Shown: positions 38,401 through 51,900 of the stretch, one piece after another
How the letters are laid out: every line of letters begins with the position of its first letter
Numbering within the stretch: position 1 is the first letter of the stretch
From: Octopus sinensis
Lineage: Eukaryota
Direction: 5' to 3'
NCBI RefSeq assembly: GCF_006345805.1
Contig: NC_043007.1
Span: forward strand, 28,458,001-28,522,000
DNA length: 64,000 nucleotides
The notes under the pieces: model-generated
What the model was told of the DNA's origin: nothing
Database searches by the model: none
The model's input: the letters and a program-made list of their open reading frames with translations, nothing else
Made by a program: the position numbers and the translations under genes

Positions 38401-41400
38401 CAAATTATTATTGGGAATGGTGGATGGATGGCACAATTGTTAAAGTATCAAGCAAAATGTCTTATGGAATTTAATAATGGATTTTTACATTCTGAGTTCA
38501 AATCTGGCGAAGGTCAACTTAGCTTTTCATTCCTGTGGGGTTAATAAAATAAAACACCAAGTCCAGGTTGATTTAACTGACTAATCCTTATTCTCCCACA
38601 AAATTTCAGACCTTGCATTAATATCAGAAGTAATTGTTATGGACAGCTTTTAGTCTAAGAAGCTATGGACAATTTGCAGACATCCCTGACCTGACAGAGC
38701 TTCTGGAGAAATGGCAGAGAAGTGCCATGTCTGAAATGTGTGCAGAATGATAAAGTTTTGTACACATTCAAAGTCTAAGCCATCCACAGAGTTCCTCACT
38801 CCCCATTACCTTCCTATGGCCCAGAAAAGCAGACAGTTTTCTTCTGTCTGATGGTGAGGACAAAAGAAGTTGTGTTAGATGAGATTCAAAACACTGAAGA
38901 AGGCAGAGAGTCTGGCAACACCATCATCAACTTAACCCAAACTTCACTTAGCGGGAACAGTACAGCCCACTCATGCTCAACAAATTCTTTGAAAGGCAAA
39001 TGTGAGTAGCAAAATGGTAAAGACATACTCTGAGCATGAAGCATAGGTTGGGAAATAGGATGTTGGAGAGGATAGTTGCCTTTGATGGTCATGATCGAGG
39101 CTTTGTGGGGTTTTCTTAATTGACCTTACTGGGTTATCTTGTTTGTTAGAATGTTCTTGTTACTCGTTTTCATTCTCCATTTCCATATGTGGCACTCACC
39201 TCCATTGTTTTTACCCGTCTTTATATTCTCGGAACCTTCATGGTTATTAAAGAAATTATTAACATTATATTTATTATTATGAGGTGGTATTAAAAGCTTC
39301 CCAGACTAGTTCTGTAGCATGTCAACCGACGACAGCACACAGTTGTAGGGGAAATGACCGTCATGAGGTAGTGTCCTGAGTGACATATATTGAGGACATG
39401 ACTAAATAATATTCTCTGCCATTTACCTCAATGGATTGCCCTTGCCATGGTTTTATTAAAGTTGGGGGTTTTTTTCTGGTATTTTATCTTTACATTGAGA
39501 AATAATCAATCCAAAGAAATTTAGAAGAATGGAGACACCTCATTATATTATCATTACACAATACCAAGGCTGAGTGTCTTCTGCATTAAAAGTCAACCAA
39601 AAATTGAGCCACAAATCATTATACACAAGCAGAAGTAGCTGCAACTACGATCCTAACAACTGTTGTGATATGACAAGGGAGGGAACCTATGACCTGTAGA
39701 TCCGCAGGCTGATAACAGTTTGATAATTATGTAAATCTTACCTGATCTTCTGAAATGTTAGTTCCTACCATCATATGCAACACTGCCAAAAGTTCTTCTC
39801 GTGAAATTTTGCTGTCACCATCCAAATCATACATTTTGAATGCAACTAAAAGAGAAATAATGCATAAAATATTTCTGTAATTTTTGGAGACAAAACAATG
39901 GCTACAGAAAAATCAAAAAAGTTAAGTTAATTTTTGGGCTCAAAAAGCAAAAAGCAAGGCCATGTAGGGGGACATGGAGTTATGTACAGGGTGATGTATA
40001 TCTTTGAGGAGATAAGGAGAAGAGGCTTGAATCCCGTACTCCAATATGGGTCTCACCAGGATGATGTATGTCTTTGAGGAGATAAGGAGAAGAGGCTTGA
40101 ATCCCGTACTCCAATATGGGTCTCACCAGGATGATGTATGTCTTTGAGGAGATAAGGAGAAGAGGCTTGAATCCCATACTCCAATATGGGTCTCACCAGC
40201 GTGACATAGAGCGGTAGGAATATGGCTGCTGTGAGCATACCGAATGACCGTCGAATCAAAAACAGAACTCTGCGTGCTTTGTTGGCAGCATGGACGCACT
40301 GGGCCGAAGGTGAAAAGGAAGAATCCACCAAGATACCCAGATCCTTTACCTGGTCGGTCCTCTCCAGCAGCAGACAACCCAGCTCGAAATCAAGTTGAGT
40401 TGTAAGAGAAGAGCCAACAGGCAGATGACAGCACTTTGACACGTTCAGACATAGGTTCCATTCTTTAGACCATCTCCAAATTTGGTGGAGGCATCGATGA
40501 AGATCATCTATATCACCGCGAGGAGCGACCAGTTTGACATCATCGGCGTGTCAGAAGGGTGTGTTGCGTGAGGTCGTCGGGCAAGTCATTTATGAAGACT
40601 AAGAACGATAAGGGCCCAAGCACTGAACCTTGAGGCACGCCACTGCTCGCACTGGAGACGTCGGACAGCGAACCATTAACTTGGACTTGGGAGGAGCGAT
40701 CTGAGAGGAAGGCACCAACCCATCGTACAATATCCGGATAGAAACTATATGCTTGAAGCTTGACAAGTAATAGGCGGTGGTCTACCGAGTCAAAAGCTTT
40801 GGCAAAGTCCAATTATAAACTGAATAACTCCAAAGAGGACAAACATCATCCTGGTTGAACACCACTATCTGGTCCTTGGATGTATTTACTATGCCAGATC
40901 AGAGTTCACATGGTTGCTATATGAAGTACTCTCTCCTGTTAGGTTCTTCTTGCAGACATCAATAGATATCAGTGACAATAGCTGGCCAGCTAACAAGTCC
41001 TTCTATGTCACTACATGACAGCAGCCTGAACACTGCAGCATATCAATCAAGACACTACAACAGGTCACCATACAATTATAGAAGAGGTACAACACTGGAG
41101 CACACACTGTAGCTGAGACACTGTACAAACACTAGCACATACCTATGTAATGCTCATAACACTATATCGCATACCACGCTACTATGTATTGTAGAGATGC
41201 AATGTCCCAGTGATTAGGACAGAGGACTCGCAGTTTCGATTCACAGACCGGGCGTTGTGAGTGTTTATTGAGTGAAAACACCTAAAGCTCTACAAGGCTC
41301 CAGTAGGGGGTAGTGGCAAACCCTGTTGTACTCTTTCACCACAACTTTCTCTCACTCTTTCTTCCTGTTTCTGTTGTACCTGTATTTCAAAGGGCCAGCC

Positions 41401-44400
41401 TTGTCACACACTGTGTCACACTGAATCTCAGCCACTTGCATGTTAATTTCACGAGCAGGCTGTTCCGTCGATTAGATCAACTGGAACACTTGTTGTCGTA
41501 ACCGACAGAGTGCCACGACTATGTATCAATCACAACATTATCATGTAAACAAAAGTTCTCAAGCAATATATTATATTCCCATCAGGTGAACTCAATCCCA
41601 GTTCACTATTAACACACATGCTACATTAGTATTCTTAGCTGAAATCAATTTATAGAAAAGAATGAAGCAAACAATAAACCCAGGATGACTATAAACTGGT
41701 TTCAGAGTCGAGTGAATACACCAAATGCTCATTATCTCCATCTTAGAATACAGACACAAAAGAAAAACTCACATCTTAACTTTTCTTCTCTGGAGTTGAG
41801 TTTGTTTCTCTCCAGTTTTGTCTTTGTTGGTCGGAATCGGGCCAAAACACGCATAAACTGTCGAAAGTTCACCGTCTCTTCATTACTACAAACAGAAAGA
41901 TAGTAAGTATATTAGATTACATGGATTTAGGTGATTATACTATGGCCAAGCTGGGGCACAAGCAATAATGGTTTTTTTAGTCAGTACATTTTTTTTCAAT
42001 TCAGAATTTACTTTAGAAAACTTTTAAGTTACTCTTGGACAAAAAAGCAAAATCCAATTTTAGACAAGTATACACCGGTAGGTCTCACACACACACACAC
42101 ACAAATATTTACATCTAGAAAATTTGAAGAAATTCAGACACAGAAGCAAAATCTGGAATTAAAAGAGCCTTACAGAAAACTTAGCAAAGACTAAAGTGTT
42201 TGTAAGACAATTCTTTGCTGCCATTATGGAAATGGTTTTGTTTCATTAGTAGAAAAGGAGTGAGAGGTACTGTGGCAGCAAAAGCAGGCTAAAAGAGAAT
42301 CTCCATAAGCGGTAAGTAGAGAGAGGTCTTAAGCAAGAAGAGAATTCACAAAAGATTCTTTCAAATGTCCAGATGCTTCTCAAGAAGCTGACCTGATTTG
42401 CAAGGAGAGCGGGGAAGTGGAGGTTTCATAAATATAGTTTTTCTGAGTTAAAACAAATTGGAAAAAAAATTTAAGGAGTCGTTACGTTTGCTTTAAACAA
42501 AGGGCTTCTTCCTCAGAGCAAAAGGCAAATTTTATGACATGTACAAAGCATGATACAGCATGGCAGTGAAATGTGGGCCTTGAATGTGAAGAATTTGCAA
42601 ACAAAGAGAAGTGATGTGGTTGATGTAGATGAATGATGGAGCACAGGATGAACAGAGAGATAAATCAAAGAGGAATTTGATTAGTGTACAAGAAAGCTGT
42701 ACCTGTGAGGATGTGGTGTGTATGGCTGATGAGAGGGGTCTATAAAAAAAAAAGCACCATACACTGCAAGTGGATGGAACCAGAGAAAGAAGATCACTAA
42801 AAAGAACATGGAACAAAGTGGTGAAAGCTATGAAGATGCTGAGTTTCAGGAAAGAAACGATGGAAGAATGGAAGGATTAGAGACATACAGTGCTCGAGAA
42901 GATGTAAGCAAAGAGAACCCTAAAATGCGATTGGTGGAGGGCAGTGATGGAGGGGATTCCCTTGCTCATCCTTGGCTCCTCACTCTCCACCTGAATCACA
43001 TCTTTCAAGCTGTCTTTCTGGACTCGCATGGCTCCTCAATACCTTTTCAGATTTCTCTCTATCATACAGCTCCAGCATCTCATAGAAAGGTGACGGGGGG
43101 GGGGGAATCTCTCCTTATTCACTCTCATCTCACTCACTCGCTTTCTTTGTAAAAAGACTGAGATTGTCTTTTGCTTCACCACACTTCTGTCAGCCACCAT
43201 TCCTTCTTGCAGGTCATTTATGATGGCTATAAATCTCTCTCTCTCTCTCTCTCTCCTCCCATTACCCATCACTATGGTTATTCATCATTCACTCACCCTC
43301 TTAACACTACTGCCTTTCTCTGCCCCCACTACTCTCCTACATTCTTTCTACTGTAACTCTCTCTCACTAATGAATTGTATTCTAGCCATCATAATTTCAC
43401 ATCTTCCTCCTAAAATGCCTCTGCATTTGTCATCATTCTCTTCTCTTTCAGTCTGAGCCGAAACTCTTTACTCTTACCGAATGCAAGGTGATCTCACAAG
43501 AGCTGGGGAAAGGAGAAATGACATTTGGCACTCTTTGGAAAATGGTTGGTGAATCAAGCAGAAACACAGCAGAGAGGTGAGAGGACTGTTTAGGGTTGCT
43601 GATGGCACAACACTCTAGCACTGGTGCCACTGTGTGTGTGTGTATATGTATATGACTGGTGTTTCGCTGTACTCAAGAAGACCAGTCCATCACAGAAGAA
43701 CTGATATCCTAAATCCACCTTAGAAATGCTTGTATGTGCAAGATTCTACCCCACACCCTTTCTTTCCATCAACCATTTCCTCTACATCTCACCCCACCCC
43801 ACCAGTCACTCATTATTTCTCTATCTATGGTATTACTCGGCTATTGTAATTACCTGAGAGCAGAATAGTTCCACCAAAAAAAAAAAAACCTTCCATTTTT
43901 TTTTTTATCTTCCTTTTTCCCTGTTTCCATCAATCATCTCCTCTCTGTGCCATCAGTCACTGATAAGCTTCTGCACAGTTTCCATTCACAACACATTGGT
44001 TAACCCAAGGTTATGGTAGAAAATATTCACTCAATATACCATACATTGTCTAAACCAGTAGAAAAGTCATTACACACACAACCCTATGATCACATGACCA
44101 AGGGGCCATATTTCTATCAGCTTCCTGTCCGGTTTTCTTCCATCATACAAAAGTTGTTCAGCACTTAGTCAAAGATTATTTCTCACTGCTGGTGCCACAG
44201 TAACACATACTTCATTAGTCTTGGTGATGGTGAGGCAATCTCCCTGATGCTGGTACCATGACAATACACCCCCAGTGCACTCTGTGAAGTGGTTAGGGTT
44301 AGCAAGTACATCCAACCATAGATCCCAACCAAAAATAAATCCCAAGGCAAAATGTAGTTCCCCAATTCATGTCAGAGCAACAAGCCATCTAACCCATGCA

Positions 44401-47400
44401 AGAATAAAAATCAGACATAAAATGATGGTTGAATAAGCCACTGATTGAAACTGAAGTTCCAATCAACATGAGCTTTACAATTCAATTCTGTTCTCAGTAA
44501 TGAGTCAGCTCACTTTCACACCCACAAAATTATATACATGTGCATATATTTATATGAATGTCTTCACTCTGAATCCAACCCAGGCCCATAGACAAGTCCT
44601 TACCTTTCCTGAAAGAACGAGTGCACGATCCTGTCTCCAAGAGGGTTTATGGCAAGTTCAGGGATCCGAAGAAAATCTTCACGGCTGAAGAATAAAAGAC
44701 AAAAAAAAAAAAATGATAATGGTAACAACAACAAGACAACAATCATAATTCCGTATGTAACCATGACAACTATATTTCTTGTCTCTGTAAGAAGCCTGAT
44801 TCTGTATATGGCTTAGGTTGGGGAGGACAACCAGGGGAGACTTTCACTGAAGAAATCAGGACACAGTGTCTACCACTGCACCACCACCACCAATACCACT
44901 GTAACTATTACCATCATCATCACCACACAGCATCAATAGATTAGATTATTGAATCCACAACATTTATATTAGTGTTTGTGGTGGTAGTCATGGAGATTGT
45001 AGATAGGGTGTAGAGAGGAGTGGAGAAGATACCCTCCCCAATCATCAATTATTCTGTAAAACAATGGTGGTCAATGACATACTGACCTCTTCTCACTTTT
45101 TTCTGTCTCTGGTCAATAGAGTGGTGTGAGTATATGGAAAAGGGAAGGAGTTGTGCTGGGTTAATTAGGGCAACTACTGTATATCTAGAAATTGTTTAAC
45201 CCAAGGTCATAGTCTAGCAGGTCCATGATCCATCTTGTATTTTACTTATAACCAGAAACATTGTGCAGATTTTGGCCAAGGTGTCAGCAAAATGGTTGAT
45301 ACTTGTTGGTCAGTTCTGGTCAGTAATGCACAAATAGGAGCTACCCATGAAAACCTCCACCTCTTCTCTTTGATGGAGCTGCAGTGCTAGGCCAAGAAAA
45401 GATTAAAGACAGGTGCTTGGTATCTGGAATATCATCAAGTGCTCACAGCCCTTTACCAGTCAAGTAATGCAGTTGGCAGAAATTCCACACTTATAGTCTA
45501 TAAAAGATTAACTGCAGGCAAAAGCAACAATACTCTTGAGAAAACTCTTGGCATAAATGAAAATCAACTGGATGGTCTGTTCTGGAGAACTCTCAGCCTG
45601 GAACCTATTGACAATTTCAAGAAAACTCTTGGCCTGGCAGTGCTACAGGTAGGCATAGCCAGTTTGGAGTAAATTCTACAGGCACAGAAGTGCTGTTGGC
45701 CAGGCCTGACCCTAATGTATGTGGAGCAATGAAAGTGATCTGCACGTACTTGCTGACTGATGGAGTTATGTCGAACAACTGCTGTCGGTCATGTATAGGA
45801 TGGACGTGGCTATCAATGAAGTCCATTGTAAAGATTACTTCACTGCATTGCTTTAGCAGAGAAGGACAAGCAGTAATTATTGTCTGATTGCTCCGGCAAA
45901 AGAGGTTCTGTGCTGGACAAAATTAAAAGCGCTGAACACAGACACTTTCCTATTTGGCTAAGCTCTTAACTTTTTCAAGTTTCACTTGTAAAGAGGGAAA
46001 AATTGCCTTCTTGCAGATTTGTTGAAAGGTGGATGAGAATGGTGAGCAGGCTGGCTCTGTGGATGTGCTTTTAGACTGGGGGAAGACAGCTGAGAGGGAG
46101 GAATTGCTTTACTGGTCAGGACCACTGTACTTTTGTCAGTTCTCCAGGAAATTGGAAGTTTCTCTTTCTACTGAGAAATTTGTTTTCTATGCTGTTTTTG
46201 TTTACATGCAAAATCTCCTAGTTTTATAACTGTCCTTTATCTCAATTTTGTAGGAGCCCTGGTGGATAATAAAGAAGCCATTATTATCATTATTAAGTGT
46301 TAGCCAACAGTTGAGTATAATCTATAGTGTTTATAAACTATTCATACTACAGCATTTGGTTCACAGTGTGTGTGTGTGTGTGTGTGTGTATATATCTTTA
46401 TACACACTTGTGTATTTATTTACCTACTTGGGTGGTCTGTTTGCTTTTTACTGTATGTTGTATTTACAAAGTTGTGGTTTTGTTAACTGGTTCGTGTTTC
46501 TATTATTGACTTAATTTGATTCAGTTCTTTTTGTAGCGCTTTGAATGGGGACAAGAGTCTGGTAAGGATATCTGTTCTATACACACAAAAACTATAGATT
46601 TATATACACATATAAACCATATACTTAAAGAAAGGATTGCAGACAGTGGCTGCAGGAAAGAGTTTAAAAAACCTCCATCGAAGGAGAATGCAATTTTGTA
46701 TTATTTTTGCAGCCAGACTTTATTTTAAACACTTACTCATAGTGCCAGTCTAGCTTGATCCTTAAACTAAATGAAGATTAAATTAGATATGTCATCCTAT
46801 GCCATCACTAGATTCCATAATGTTAATCTGTAACATTAGTGTCCCTAAACAATGGAGCATAAATGGGTCGAGACAAAAGAGGCCGACTATTAAGAGGAAT
46901 TGGATACAAGGAGTGAGAGAGAAGACTGCCCAGGTGTGAACATGTAATTAATATAAAGGATGTCAGTTGCATAAAGAATTGTGGGGCACTTCAAATGGAT
47001 GGAATTTTTGGAAGAAGGAGACCTAGGAAAACAAGAGATGAAAATTTGAACCATAATCACTGAAACCTAATCTCAAGGAGATGACAAAAGACCAGTGATT
47101 CACAGAATAAAATGCTGAAAGGGAATCAGCCATCTTGTTAAAACTGGTGCTTGTGTTGATGACTGGAATATAGAATAGAAACTCTTTCATCTACCACACA
47201 CCCCACTCCTCATTGAGCAGAGACTACATATTTTCCAATGGGATCTTGCTACTCGTTCCCTTCAAGAGCAGTAACACAAAGCAGACACTATCACTTAAAC
47301 ACTATACAACCAGAAACCTTCAATGTTACTACACACAATCACTGGGCCTCGTTTTACTGAGTTTTTCTCCAGGCGATGGTAAATCTTCAACAGAGCAAAT

Positions 47401-48889
47401 ACGGTTTCACAATGACTGATTTTATTTCTCACAAACCAGAAAATGGTAATTCTCTACAAACCTCAGACCCACCAACACTGAGACAGTGTTGTAGTTAAAC
47501 ACAGGCCACCAGAAGAAAGCCTACCAAACATACTAATGGAGCTACTTAGCTGCACATTGCAACAATCCAATCTATTATTTATTCCACTGCTGTTACAGTG
47601 ATCTCTGCTTCTTGAAGCTCACCATTCTTTGGTCACCCCAAACACTCTCATCTCACCCCCTATTCATCCAACAAACCACCACAACTAACAATACACTATC
47701 CAATATTTTCAGTCCTCCTCTCAAATTTCAGGTTTTTCCTGCAGCCATCAACTTTCAGCTTTTCAAGAGAAAACTTACCGACATCAGTCACAGGCGTTTC
47801 AGTGGACTTGCAAATGCAGTTCCTTCAATCAGAAAAGACCAATTGAAAAAATAATGACAATAACCACTTAGCCTGTCTTCATTCAATATACTAACTCAAA
47901 TTAACATCCAAAAGAAAAATGGCCTGTTGTTTATTTATCACTCACACACGCATTTATTAAAAGTGCCAAGCTCACTGATTGAAAGAAATTGTTCTGCAGA
48001 GAAGTCAGGAATGATACTCACCAAAGAACACCATTGTTGTTTTTGTCAAGGTTGGTAAATCTGCTGTATAACCTTGCGATCTGATTGGCTGAAACTGGAA
48101 AGAGATAGAAGCACATGACATCATCGGTGATGGAGATAAGTAGTGGGGCAGGGGTGACAAAACAGAATATGGCCGCACAGGTTGACCAATGGCTAATTAT
48201 GGTCATTATAATCATTTTAACTGTAATATCATCAAATATGTCCACAGTTACCAACACTGACCACCCAGCAACTGCAGTATTGTCTAACCAATTCTGATGT
48301 TGGTCTACAATTCACACACTCAGACAAGATTTGTTGTTCTGTAGGGACTGATGCACAAGCTCGAAGATTTGGGCTTCATTTTTCTTTCCTTTTTTGTCAC
48401 AGTGTTTTTATAGTTTTGTGTGCACAGCCTCTGTCTTTGTGAGGAGTCAGAACCCCTGAGAAGAGGATGGCATCCACATGCTCCAGCCTAGCTGGATGCT
48501 TCTCAAGATGTTTTATCTCAGCAGTAGTGTGGACGATCATTATGCAGAGAAGCCACAATCTCTTTGAGCTAAAATACTGTTAGGTAGTTATTCAGTCGCC
48601 ATATACATGTCACTGTTCAGGGTGGTAATCCCACCATGAAGACAGAGCTAACTCAAATGCAGTTGCCAGTTTTAGAATTTTCAATATGCCATGCATTTTA
48701 AACTTATGAAAATAGCTCAAAACACCAAAATCAGATGCAAACTTGTCTGGACGCCTAACCTTGGCCAAAGCAATGAACTCTTCTTTTAGTAGAAAGTATG
48801 AACCAAAATTTCATAGATTTTGCTTGTTGATGCATTTCTCTTTGCAATGCGTCTATTCTCCAGCTGACAAAACTCTATTGACCAACCTG

Positions 48890-48925
<36 letters not shown>

Positions 48926-51900
48926 AATATAGCAACAAACAAATCTAATTACTAGAGGCAATTAGGAGATAATTAAGTATTAATACTTGATACAGTATAA
49001 GAAAGTAATAAAGAAATACGTCAGTGTTTAATACAAGTAGTAACAAAGCTAACTAGAAATACATGGGGAGACGAAAAAATTAATGTCAAATTTATAAATG
49101 GAGCCTTAAAAAAGATAATTTAGAAAAATAATGTGATGAGGTAAAAAAAGACAATACATTAATCAATTACTAATGTTTTTATTTTTAGCAAGTATAGGAG
49201 ACAACTCCAGACAAGTTCTGGTCTTATTCTGACCTTATCAGTCAAACAGTTGCTTGTATCACTAAATATTACTGATACAGTCAAAAATACATAATATAGT
49301 ATATTGTACAGTGGTTGACAAAGGAAAATAGGTTTAGAAATTAAATAATTCACACATGTTCCCTAAATAATAGAACAACAGTTAAGTCTTGATCCTAGAT
49401 TGTATATTGCGTGATGTAGTGAGGACATATGTGTAAGCAAGGACATGTGGTGGTGGTCAGTTTTGGAATATTTATCTTTCAGTCATGTTGAAATGTGGTG
49501 AAGGTGGGTGGCAATCAAACTGGCAGTGAATTGGTAGAGGGATAAAATTCTTGGCACTGTTTAATTTTGGTATCTTTATGTTCTGAATTCAAATCCCAGT
49601 GGGATTGATAAAGTACCAGTCAAATACTGGGGTTAATATAGACACCGTCCTCCCTTTAAATTTGTGGGATTGTTAGAAATCAATGTTGATCTTTAATCTA
49701 CAAAGGAAAAGGTTAATGCAAGCTGCTTCAGCTTGATCAGAATGAGAAGGATGAAAACTAGACAAGTATACACAAGTCAATGTGAATTTAATTGTATTCC
49801 AAGGTGGAAGTAGTAATTAAAAGTGACTAAATTAATGACTAATTAACACGATGAAACAAACAATAGAGAGATTCTTGTGAATCACGAAATACGTCATTAT
49901 ACTGAGAGAAGGTCAACAATAAAGAGTGGGAAATCTTTAGAAATTCTAAAATAACAAACAGCTTAACATTTCAAACAGGTCTTGATATTTATTGGTGGAA
50001 ATCTAATCTCCTGAATAAACATTTCCTCAGAGACACAATAAACTGAATTGGAATTGGATTTTCCCATAGAAAATATCACATCCTTGCACTCCTATAAAAA
50101 GGAGGGCAACAGACATTCACAAGACACGTGGCTTTGATTAAACTTGAACCAGTTTAAAAGACCTTCAATCATTAATCCTTTTATTCAAAATAAACGGTCT
50201 GAGTAAATTTCTATATGGTGTAGGAGTTCTTTGAATGTCAGTCACAAGGTTCAATGTCATGCAAGTATAAAAGAATGTTTTTTTTTTCCCTAAATAAAAC
50301 AAAAGGAATTTATTTTATTATTTCACTGTTCAGAGTCAAATAAATGGCAGGTGTTATTAGAGGAGAGCTAGCTTTTAGCATGTTTTTTCTAATCACGTGT
50401 TTGCTCAAATTATTTAAAATGAGGGCACAAGGATTCCACCTTGCAATCAGTATAGCAGACATAGAGATATGAATGAGTAATACTAAAGAGACAATCTGTA
50501 CGCAGTGTTGCAGCAGATATGCAAGAAAATCAGAGGGGAAGGTCGAATGTTGATAGATTTTTAAAATCAATCAGAATCAACATCATATTTATTTTCCTGT
50601 TGCCAACAAAATTATTTCCCTGAACACTAAAATAATAGGGCATGTCAAATAAAAATAAAATTAGGTTACATAATCTACTTTTAGAAAATTTGAGAGAAAA
50701 AGGCCACCAATATTGTTTCCAAACCAATTTTGAAGATTTGCAGCTGAATTCTTTCAACATGTCCAAGAGAGAAAATATCTCAGTATTAGGTTTTGGGGTG
50801 GAGTGGGAGTGAGTAATATCAAGGTGGAGGCAGACTCAGTTACTGATGGAGTGGAGAAATAATAGTTGTAATTGAAAGGCTATCATCCATCGTCTGTGAC
50901 TAAATCACTGGCACAAACATGGCTGTGTGGTTAAGAATTTCGCTTCACAAAGAGTTCTGGCTTGATTCATTCTACTGTTCCTTGAGCAAGTCTCTTTCCA
51001 CTTAAGACTAACTTATGAATGGAAATTGTGTGGAAACCTATAATGCATGTGTATGTGTGCATGCACACACAGCTACATATATGTATCATCATCCTTTAAC
51101 GTCTGTTTTCCATACTGGCATGGGTTGGACAGTCTGACCAGAGCTGGCAAGACAGAAAACTGTACCCGATTCCAGTCTGATTTGGCTTGCTTTCTACGGC
51201 TGGACGCCCTTTCTGATGCCAACCGTTTTACAGGGTGTAGTGCCGGGTGCTTCTAATGTGACAAGGGTACAAGTGCTCTTTATATGGCGCCAGCATCAGT
51301 GCTTTTTACGTGACCCTGGCGCAGGACTCTTGCAGGCCAATCCTCTTCACCAGGGGATGCAACCTTAACACTTCTGCTGCTGTGGAGGACGAGTCTTCTT
51401 GAGAGTCGATATATGGTACAGAAACAATTGTAACTGATCATTAAAGGTGTGTTAAAGTATACAGTTATCTCATTATTTGGATTATTATATATATATATAT
51501 ATATACATACATATATATATATACACACACACAATAGAGTGAGTCAAGCTGATGCAGTAAAAGTGGTGTCGTTCATTTAGGTTCCTAAACTGTCCCCACA
51601 CTCTGGTTTAAATCTTCCCCCACTGGGGAAGCAGTGTCCATTTGGTTGCAAACATTTCCCAAACCGTCCAACCCATGCCAGCATAGAAAATGGACTTTAA
51701 ATGATGATGAACCTTGGTATGAAAAGAATTTGCTCCCTTCCACTCACCTATGTGTAAGGTCTTAAAAAGGAGTCACAGATCTACCCTGACTCCCCTTACT
51801 ACACCATTATTAGTCAAAATATTGATAATTGTGCCAAACTTGGAAATTTACATTGATTGTACAACTGGTAACCATTAGCAACTAAGTTGCAATCAATACA

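Noticed and set aside
39989-40199. CRISPR-like array
   Set aside because: Contiguous 70-bp units with no unique spacers, derived from LINE coding sequence, in a eukaryotic intron.
43655-43690. Hammerhead-like stem with GAAAC on the minus strand (gactggt...gaaacaccagtc)
   Set aside because: No CUGANGA core and no valid NUH pairing.
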